A DNA stretch of 64,000 bases, taken from Macrostomum lignano. Taxonomy: Eukaryota. A program made the translations under genes and the position numbers. Below the pieces are notes generated by a model. That model was not told the DNA's origin, searched no databases, and saw nothing but the letters and a program-made list of their open reading frames with translations. Below are positions 12,752 through 20,990 of the stretch, one piece after another; the first letter of the stretch is position 1, and each line of letters starts with the position of its first letter. The stretch is from NCBI GenBank assembly GCA_002269645.1, contig NIVC01001376.1, forward strand, positions 238,176 to 302,175, read 5' to 3'.

Positions 12752-14896
12752 CTAATGGCGCTCGTCGAAAGCACCTAATATATTTATTTTATTGAAAAAC
12801 TTGACATCTTTTACGTCTTTGGGACGGGGCCAAGTTTGGATCGCTTCAATCTTCGTCTTGTCTGTTTGAATGCCTTGTCGGCCAATCACCTGTCCTAAGT
12901 ACTGTAACTCGTAATGGAAAAGATTGCACTTTTTGGGTCTCAACTTTAGACCTGCGGCAATTAATCGCTGAAACACTTCTCTTAAGTGCTCTAAATGGTC
13001 GGCAAAATTTTGGGAGTAGGTTATTATGTCATCAATATAGGACATGGCGAACTTATGTTGGATTCCTAATAGTACTAAATTCATTAAGCGTTGGAAGGTT
13101 CCGGGGGCATTGGAAAGTCCTTGGGCCATTACTTGGTATTCAAATTGGCCTCTAGTTAGGGTGGAGAATGCGGTTCGATGTTTATCTTCTTCTTTGATGG
13201 GGACTTGCCAGTATCCTGAGTTTAAGTCTAGGCTGCTAAAGTATTGGCTACCAGTCAGGTGGGAGAAGGTCTCTTGAATATTGGGGAGGGGGTAGGGGTA
13301 GTAGTTAACTCTTGAGTTGAGCACTCGGAAATCGCTGACTATTCTAATGGAACCATCTTTTTTGGGGACAATCACTAGGGGGGTGGAGTAGGTTGAGTAG
13401 CAGGGTCTAATTAGGTTTTTGGCTAACATATCATCTAACTGGGCATCAACTTGCTTTTGCAAGTGTGGGGGGATGCGTCTGGCTGGGATTCTAACTGGGG
13501 TAGGGTCTTTGATAGAGATTTCGTGGGTTACTAAGTGTGTCAGGCCCATGTCTAATTCATTCTGGGAAAAGGCTTCACGGTTTTCTTTCATAAGATCAAT
13601 GACTGCTTTTCGCTGTTCATCTGACAGTTCGGGGCCAAGGCTCACTTCATCAATCCAGGAATCTTCAGTACATTGAGTCTGGTTGACTTTCACAGAGGGT
13701 TGGGAGCTGGGGGGTTGGGTTTGCCAATAGATTAAGTCTTTAGCTTTCATGGGTCTGGCTAAGCCAATTAGAGAAGTTTTAGTTAGATTCACGTCTACAG
13801 GGTGACGGTTAATAATTTCAACAATTCCTTTGCCTTCTTTCATAGTTACTAGGGTTGGAACCATTTCTAATGAGAAATCACGGGTTCGGACAGTATCGCC
13901 AATGGCTTCAATGGTCATGGGGGTGCCATAATTCGATTCACAATTCTTGGCTAATTTCACGGGTATTCGGAGGGCACTATTAGCTGGGATGATTACTCTT
14001 TCTTGAGTATAAACTCGACAAACTTTCACGGGTAGGCGGGTATACTGCATGGGTATACAGGTACCTTCGTTAAGCACTAGCATTCCTTTGGCTAGCTGAA
14101 TGCTTTCGCATTGGGATAGGAAAAATTCCATACCTAGAATATTGTCACAATCATGTCGGCATAGGAGGAAATCAACTTCGATTTGGATATCGCCAAACTT
14201 CACTTGAGCGGATACTTCTCCTTCTAATTGAACTGGGGTACCGTCAAATGTACTAATGCTTTTGCTAGTGTCTCGGATTTGATCGGCACGGAATAGCTTA
14301 GACCAGGTTGAGCGGCTCAGGAAATTATTTCTGGCGCCTGTGTCTAGCAAGAAATCAATCGATTCTTTCTGGATTTCGCCGACAATTACAGCTTCATAGC
14401 CTTCTAGCTTAGTCAGGTCGATTCGGGATGGGGAATTGGGTTTTGGCTTTTGTCGCTTCTTTGAGCGGGTTTCAGCACTGAATAAAGCATTATTGGTTTT
14501 AATCGCATGGGATACATGGGGTGCAAGCGCAGTGGGTACATGGGGTGCGGACGCGTGATGAGCAGAAATCGCATTGGTTACATGGGAAGCAGTCGCGTGA
14601 GCTGTAGTCGCATGGGGGTCATCGTACACATGGGGGTCAGGGGGGGCATTTGGCATGGCATCGTCGATTTCGTCAAAGGCAAGAAGTGAAAAATTATTGG
14701 GGGAGACAGATATCGCATTATTCACAGGCATTGGCTGTACATGGGAGGTTTTGCGGGGATAACGGAAACCATACTGGGGAGGTTGCCGGTATTTTGGTTG
14801 GGGGGCATTTTCGAATGATGGGGAGGCCGGAGAGTAAGCAGAATTTTGGCCTGAGGGGCGTGGCCTCTTAACTCGACCCTGGCTTCTCAGTTTCCC
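12752..14896 (-). CDS. pol: Gypsy pol (protease + RT), expressed by -1 frameshift, truncated
   Basis: Aspartic protease FLLDTG and RT motifs (LVIVPKKDGSIRIVSDFRVLN, FSSLDLNSGYWQV, GLSNAPGTFQRLM, YIDDII). I checked that the -1 frame is open from 14896 to the ATG at 14731. Confidence 0.92.
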   Translation of the reverse strand, partial: GKLRSQGRVKRPRPSGQNSAYSPASPSFENAPQPKYRQPPQYGFRYPRKTSHVQPMPVNNAISVSPNNFSLLAFDEIDDAMPNAPPDPHVYDDPHATTAHATASHVTNAISAHHASAPHVPTALAPHVSHAIKTNNALFSAETRSKKRQKPKPNSPSRIDLTKLEGYEAVIVGEIQKESIDFLLDTGARNNFLSRSTWSKLFRADQIRDTSKSISTFDGTPVQLEGEVSAQVKFGDIQIEVDFLLCRHDCDNILGMEFFLSQCESIQLAKGMLVLNEGTCIPMQYTRLPVKVCRVYTQERVIIPANSALRIPVKLAKNCESNYGTPMTIEAIGDTVRTRDFSLEMVPTLVTMKEGKGIVEIINRHPVDVNLTKTSLIGLARPMKAKDLIYWQTQPPSSQPSVKVNQTQCTEDSWIDEVSLGPELSDEQRKAVIDLMKENREAFSQNELDMGLTHLVTHEISIKDPTPVRIPARRIPPHLQKQVDAQLDDMLAKNLIRPCYSTYSTPLVIVPKKDGSIRIVSDFRVLNSRVNYYPYPLPNIQETFSHLTGSQYFSSLDLNSGYWQVPIKEEDKHRTAFSTLTRGQFEYQVMAQGLSNAPGTFQRLMNLVLLGIQHKFAMSYIDDIITYSQNFADHLEHLREVFQRLIAAGLKLRPKKCNLFHYELQYLGQVIGRQGIQTDKTKIEAIQTWPRPKDVKDVKFFNKINILGAFDERH

Positions 14897-15855
14897 GACT
14901 TCTGGGAGTCACGGGGGTTGCGGAACTTCAGCGGCTCATATCTTGGGTTAGGGGGCTGACGCTCATTCCTTTTTGGGGGTTCACGCCTTGGCGGTTGGTT
15001 CATCAGCTGCTGGGGTGGCTGTCGGAACTGCTGCTGGGGTTGCGGTCTGTACTGCTGAGGAGGTGGCAGTCTATACTGCTGAGGGGGTGGCTGTCTATAC
15101 TGTTGCTGGGGGTAGGCTTGGGGTGGCGGAGCGCTTTGCGCTGCTAGCTGCTTCTTTAAGTCCTGGATGACTCGTTCTTGGCGATCAATCTGGTTCTGCT
15201 GATTGATGATCAACTGGTCAGTTCTGCCTTTATACTCCTCTTTTTCTTCCTTAGTCACTCGGATTCCACCTTTGTGGGACATTTGGTAAGCTGCTTCAAT
15301 TCTGCGCAGCATTCTGCGGGCGGCTTGGAGACTAGCCGGTTGGGCAAAGATCAGCTTCTCACGGGTGTCGGGAGGGGTTCTCACACCTTTAATGAACTGT
15401 TCGACCAGTTCTTCCTCTCTCTGCTCAGCATCCATGTTCAGGAATGCGCGGGAGGCTAATTCAATCAGGGCATCGGCAAAACTGTCAGTGGATTCATTTC
15501 TGCCTTGGCAGCGATTCCTAAACTCTTCGCGAAATTCGGCGGAACTACCTACTTTTCCAAATCTTTCGATTAATCTTTCTTTGAACTCTTCATAGGGGAG
15601 ATTAGCTGGGAGGTTGAGGCGTTGAACTGCTGCAAACGCAGTACTCAGGTCTAGATTGGTAAGCAGCTCCTGCTTCCGGTTTTCTTCTTCTATGCCTTCA
15701 TTTTCACATCTCTGGTCAAATGCAGTGAGCCAGACTCTAATATCTTGGCTGGGGAGGTATTTCTGGATTTTCACATGTCTAAGGGGGCCTAATTCGAGTC
15801 GGTTGCGGAGCTCTTCAGCTAAGAGCGCAAGGGCTTCATTGATTCCTGCGGCCAT
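14887..15855 (-). CDS. gag: Gypsy gag (no CCHC knuckle, Q/P-rich C-terminal repeats)
   Basis: Intact 322-aa ORF directly after the PBS and upstream of pol. It contains retrotransposon-gag-like segments (QGRNESTDSFADALIELASRAF, EQFIKGV). Confidence 0.85.
   Translation of the reverse strand: MAAGINEALALLAEELRNRLELGPLRHVKIQKYLPSQDIRVWLTAFDQRCENEGIEEENRKQELLTNLDLSTAFAAVQRLNLPANLPYEEFKERLIERFGKVGSSAEFREEFRNRCQGRNESTDSFADALIELASRAFLNMDAEQREEELVEQFIKGVRTPPDTREKLIFAQPASLQAARRMLRRIEAAYQMSHKGGIRVTKEEKEEYKGRTDQLIINQQNQIDRQERVIQDLKKQLAAQSAPPPQAYPQQQYRQPPPQQYRLPPPQQYRPQPQQQFRQPPQQLMNQPPRREPPKRNERQPPNPRYEPLKFRNPRDSQKSGN
14890..14896 (-). promoter_or_regulatory. -1 ribosomal frameshift slippery heptamer G GGA AAC
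   Basis: X XXY YYZ pattern in the gag frame immediately before the gag TGA. Pol is in the -1 frame. Confidence 0.8.
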
Positions 15856-15926
15856 TGTATTTCGGGGATAGGGGATGGAAATTATACTGGGGTTTGAGTG
15901 CGCGTTTCACCAGATTCAAATCCTTT

Positions 15927-15939
15927 ACCGCTGCCACCA
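15927..15939 (-). promoter_or_regulatory. primer binding site TGGTGGCAGCGGT (tRNA-Leu AAG/TAG type)
   Basis: Lies 3 nt after an LTR-like CA end (15944-15943). It is complementary to the metazoan tRNA-Leu 3' end ACCGCTGCCACCA. Confidence 0.8.
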
Positions 15940-15942
15940 AAT

Positions 15943-16461
15943 TGTCGTAGGGCTCTGGTCTTTCTGTCTAATTATCTCACTGCTGCAACCAATTTGTTGT
16001 AGGTTTAACTTCCGCCTGTGGTTTAATCACAACGCTGCTACCAAAATCTGTTACAGGGGTCTTGGGGGAGGGAAGTTTTCCTATGCTGACACCAAATCTG
16101 TTATGGGGAATTAATGGGATTCTTGGAATTTCTGAAAGATATGCTAGCTTTATTACTAATAGGAGTAAGCCAATGGTTGCTCCTGGTGGCGTGAGTGTCC
16201 GAGCGGCAAGACACTGTCTATATATATCTCTATTCAGTCCGAGTATTTAGAAAGGGGGGGGGGAGTAAGGGCTTCGCGGTGGACTTGAGTTGCCTGAGGA
16301 AATTAGCGCACTGGGGAATTTCAATACCTAATGGGTAATTTCAGTGTCTAAAGGGGCATATCAATATCTAATGGGGAATGCTGACATGGGATACGAAATG
16401 GGCCTGATAGGGAAGAGAATATCTAAGACTTGAGGCAAGTTGCTAGATATGCGCTATGACT
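15943..16461 (-). repeat. putative 5' LTR of the Gypsy element
   Basis: Imperfect terminal inverted repeat (TGTCGTAGGGC vs GCGCTATGACT). TATA-like run at ~16218-16226 lies upstream of AATAAA at ~16150 on the minus strand. The upper boundary is uncertain. Confidence 0.5.
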
Positions 16462-17376
16462 GGGCGGCGTGTACGTTGGGGGGGGGGAACGGGGGGGGAA
16501 GGATCGGGAGGGAGGCCTGACTGTACACTTGACTGGGGAAAGGACCAAGGAAGGGAGAACACAGGTCTTCCAACGAGGGGGGGGAGGAGATGTTCACCGG
16601 GAGGGGAGAAGCGGTCGGGGCTTCTAAGGGATATGGGGTTATTGGGGAAAGAAAGGAGGACTGAATCAATTCTATTTTTAGAACAAACTGTTCATACTCC
16701 AGACTCAGCTAGGAGCGATCGCCAAAAGGAGGCACCAGAAGCATGCAGAAAAGAAGTTTATTTGCGCGTATATATACTATTTTTACTAAACATGGCGTAC
16801 AAATTTAAACAAAAATACATAAAAGAATTTATTAGCAGCAAAGTTACAGTATAAAACCAGTTATTTATTTACGTATACTTACTTCTTGATAATGCTAAAA
16901 TTAATAATGACAAAAACAATGAATTTACGTAAAAAACGAGAAAAGCTAATGTATTTAGGCAACTTGGTTACTAGTAAGGCAAAATGAACGACAAAATATC
17001 AGGCTTGGCAAAAAAAAGTTTACAAAAATAGCACTGGCACAGTATTTTGTGATGTAGACTGAAATACCGCGGTCAAACAAACCTTAGAGATTTAGTATTT
17101 TGTGACTGTCTCTCTGTCTCTTTCTATCTCTCTCCCTCACCCTCTCTGTAGCGTACTTTAGTCCCAGTGTACATAGTGTCTCAGCGTCCTCTGGTGTGGT
17201 GTGGATTTTATAGTATACCAGGGTAAGTTTCCATACGAGTTATATGGTGGTGGTGTTAACTGTACAGCCTTTCTGCGCCTGACTCTTCTCCCCTCGGGCT
17301 TGGAGGGGTTTGCTCATTTGCTGTGCAGGTTAATTTAGGCTACAAGTTTTTTAAGGAATGCTGCACACCCGAAACC

Positions 17377-17380
<4 letters not shown>

Positions 17381-17453
<73 letters not shown>

Positions 17454-17600
17454 GTCTCTCCCTCTCCGCCAATCCGGATTGCCCCGGAGTCCAGCAACCC
17501 CCCATGTGCATGCACAAGCCCCTTTCTATAAACTATCTATATCAGACAGACGCTGGCTCGGTACACCATTTTACCTCGGTACACCATTTTACCTCGGTAC
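17381..17600. repeat. (CT)n microsatellite and 3x 19-bp repeat CTCGGTACACCATTTTAC
   Basis: Directly visible at 17381-17462 and ~17555-17602. Confidence 0.9.
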
Positions 17601-17662
17601 AACATTAGCCCTTAGGTAGCGGACGAGCTGGCAGAGATTCTCGGGCCTGAACAAAGTCTTGT

Positions 17663-19437
17663 TCAAAAGAAACAAGCAGAACTTCAATTCAAACACTTCA
17701 AGAATTATCAGCCCTTGCGGAAATTCAATTCAAACAAAGTCCCTTTCTATTGAAACAGAAGAACTTCAATTCAGACTGTCTGTGGCCAAAATTGTCACCA
17801 AGTGACGCGCATGCGCAGATTTGAAATTCAAAAGAAACAAAGTCACATTCTATTTCGACAAAGAGAGATAAAACACAGCATATCGACGAACATAGGAGTA
17901 AAATGAAAAACAGGAACAAGACAGTGTCAGTTGGCCAACTTGAGACAAGTAACCATCAATTGCCTGTCCACCAACGCAGCGAGGTGCGTATGTAAACACA
18001 TGGTTGAACCACTCAGTGCATTTGTCCACAGAGATGCAGCCAATGGTTCTGTCCACCATGTTGTACAGAATGTCTCGCCAATAGGGCGCCATTGACTGAT
18101 TCCCGTGCTGCTCAGCTATCGGAGCGATGAAATTTTGCTGGTCTGCTGCCAGTTTTCTCTTCAGAGTGTCTTTCCAACAGGAGATTGAGTTCTCCACAGG
18201 ACTCAAAAATGGACTGTATGGTGGTGGAAGCCGCTTGACCTGAATGGTGTCCGGAATCTCGTAGGCTGCTTTGCCGCTCTCCCTGACCTCACAATCGTGT
18301 TCGCTGTTGACCTCTTGACTCCAAGTTGGCGCGCCAGTTCCACAAGTCATCCCCACGATCAGCAGCCCTGATGATAGGGTCTCGTCACTGTTGCTTAAAC
18401 AATAGCGCACTGCCGAGGCTGCTATTCCATGATATCTTCATCGAATTCTGCTTCAAATTCATCAATTCCTCTTCTTCTTCGTCTTCTTCCACTGTTTTGT
18501 CGCCTTGCGGCGTCGGTTCCTAGCGAGCCATTATTCACCTCTACACGTTTTCCCGTGACGCGCCATGTTTGTCAAAGCTAGCATCTTTCCGCAGTCTGGA
18601 CATGGTCCGGTCTTGGTTCTGTACACGCGGGCTGTTACGCTCTGCTCCTCTGCTACCTGTTGTTCCTCGTGCTGTCTACAGTTCTTCCTGTGCCTGGCTA
18701 AGTTCGATTTGGAGACGGTTTTTCCGCACACATTACATGTGATGCGGTTTCCTTGCACCTCTTCCCCGCGGCATGTCTTCATGTGGTTTTTGCGCGTCGC
18801 TTCTGTCGTAAAGTCCGCGCCGCATTTCGGGCACGGCAGAACGGCTCTGGTTATCACGTGGTGCATGCGACGCTGGTGCACCGCGAGGCCTCCTCGCGTT
18901 GCGCAGATCTTGCCGCAGTCTTCGTACCGACAGCGGAAACCCGTCAGCTCGTTTTCATTCCATATTGTCTCATTCACGTTCATAGGGGCTGGTGGTGATT
19001 GGTTGACTTGCTTCCTCTTCCTCCTTTCCTCTTGCCGCAGTTGGTTTTGCCTTTCTCTGATGATGATGATCTCCTTCCACCTTGTTCGATCACGGACTAT
19101 CCGTTCAAGGTCCAATTCGTCTACCTTAGCGTTTTTCAGCAGTTTCTTCCAGAACGAGATTATGGTTTGCCTGCGGTGTTTCGCTTTCCAAACTCCTTCA
19201 AGGTCTTTACTCCATCCGAGGACGCACTGCTTCGCTAGGCTATCATCTGGTAGCCGCAGCACGTGTCCCATTCTCCTCCAGTGTGCCATCTCAATTTTTG
19301 TTGACAATTTTGGCCACAGACAGTCTGAATTGAAGTTCTTCTGTTTCAATAGAAAATGACTTTGTTTGAATTGAATTTCCGCAAGGGCTGATATTTCTTG
19401 AAGTGTTTGAATTGAAGTTCTGCTTGTTTCTTTTTGA
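17663..19437 (-). mobile_element. internally deleted Tc1/IS630-like DNA transposon with ~139-bp inverted repeats
   Basis: IRs at 17663-17801 and 19298-19437 differ at few positions. An HTH-like VELARQLGVKRSTANTIVR (~18330-18270) is joined to the C-terminus LPPPYSPFLSPVENSISCWK...ISVDKCTEWFNHVFTYAPRC. Confidence 0.75.
18469..19290 (-). mobile_element. 5'-truncated RTE-clade LINE 3' end with four zinc fingers and a (GAA)n tail
   Basis: The RTE C-terminal motif MGHVLRLPDDSLAK...RDRTRWK is followed by one C2H2 and three CxxC..H..C fingers. A GAAGAAGACGAAGAAGAAGA tail lies at 18489-18469. Confidence 0.8.
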
Positions 19438-19890
19438 GGTGGGGGCGATTTAGACTTGGTTGTGGTCGAAATTGTCCGGTGTTCACTTGATCTAATGTCG
19501 AATTTGAGCGGCTTAGGCCTCCAAATGGGCGCCGTCGTTATTTCGCACGAATTAAATCCGGAAAATTTGCGTGGGCGAATCCCGATAGAAACAACTCGTA
19601 GATACTCCGTCTGCCGGGGTCCTCAATTCCGGGGGAGGGTAGTTTTGGTCGTAGTAGGCGAGCGGTCTTCGTTTGGCGCGAGCGTTCAGATGGCGGGTCC
19701 TCAGACACCGTAAATTTAATGTGTCTCGTATTCTTGTTGGGTTACTAACAGTAGAGTAGCGCTGCCACCACCGTAATTTGCGTATTACGGAACGTTGAAA
19801 AGTCTCAGAGCTTGCTTCGAGGTGAGACTGGGTTATTTTATGCCCCACGGGCAAATGACTTAAGTTAAGCTATGGCTTTTAATCGAAGAA
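19433..19890 (-). repeat. unit A: LTR-like/PBS-like 5' end with palindrome
   Basis: Homologous to 20545-20990. GCTGCCACCA at 19761-19770 abuts CCGTAAT-N6-ATTACGG at 19771-19790. Confidence 0.55.
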
Positions 19891-20544
19891 CGGATTGTAG
19901 TAAATTAATGCGAGTTTATTGCTTAACGAGTTATTACAAAAGACAGCTAAAATATTATACTATGTCTCACGCGCGTAAATTAAGAGACAACCGACGACAG
20001 ATGATCAGGGGTGCCGCAGTGCGGACCTTCGCTTAAAGAAAAGTTAAACTAAATTAGTTCTCGGTCAGGCAGTAGTTAGTTGAGTTATCTTAAAGTTATT
20101 AAACTAGTAAAAAGGAAATCCCTGAAGGAAGTTATAGAGGGACGTCACAGAAGGAGACGGGGAGGCAAAGGCGAAGGGGGAAAGGAAGAAGACGAAGAAG
20201 ACGAACGAACAAAACGAAACGAAAACGCAACGCATGAGGAGGGGCAGGCGCAAGAGGCGGGAATAAATACCCGGAGACAGGACACAAAAAGGCTGGCGAG
20301 GCCCAGAAACTGGGAGGGGCGAAAACTCAAAAGGCCAAAAAAGGATTCAACAAAATTACCGCAGAAATACATAGTAAAACAAAAGAAAAACACAATTTGG
20401 TCATATAGCGCCAGAAAATGGGGCAAGGGGGAACAGAAAGGGGGCAAAAAAATACGTCATGACTTGCGCCAGGGAGTGGACTAACGGGGACCAGAATAGG
20501 GTACGCATAATTTTATCGTCCAGAAACTGTAATGTTATTAAAAT

Positions 20545-20990
20545 TGAGGTGGGGGCGGAGAAGAAAATAAAAATTTGGAAATAATTTGAAATGGGGTTGT
20601 TCGGGTTTTCTTCGAAACCGGTTAGCGTTGCGTTCGCACGAATCAAGCCGGAAATCGCACAGATGAATCGCAACGAAATTCTTCTCCTGTTTTACTCCGA
20701 CAGCCGGGGTCCTCAAGTTCCGGGGGGAGGGTAGTCGTAATCGTAGCGGAGCGGCCGTGTAGCGGTGAGGTCGTTCAAATCGATGAAACACGGTAATCGG
20801 AGATTCCTGACTCCGTAAAATAATGCGTCGAATAGCTGAGTTTGTTACTTTCAGTAGGGTAGTTGCTGCCACCACCGTAATTTACGTATTACGGAACGGA
20901 TAAGTCTCAGAGCTATCTTTGAGATGAGAACTTGGTTGTTTTACGCCCCACGGGCAAATGACTCAAATAAATACTATGGCTTATAGTTTA
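20545..20990 (-). repeat. unit B: diverged paralogue of unit A
   Basis: GCTGCCACCA at 20865-20874 and the same palindrome at 20875-20894. Shared blocks include GCCCCACGGGCAAATGAC, CCTCAA.TTCCGGGGG and CGCCCCCACCTCAA (minus strand). Confidence 0.55.

Larger units (their letters stand above)
12795..16461 (-). mobile_element. Ty3/Gypsy LTR retrotransposon, 3'-truncated after RT
   Basis: Putative 5' LTR (~15943-16461), PBS, gag and PR-RT are present. The reading breaks at WPRPKDVKDV, before RNase H and integrase. Confidence 0.9.
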
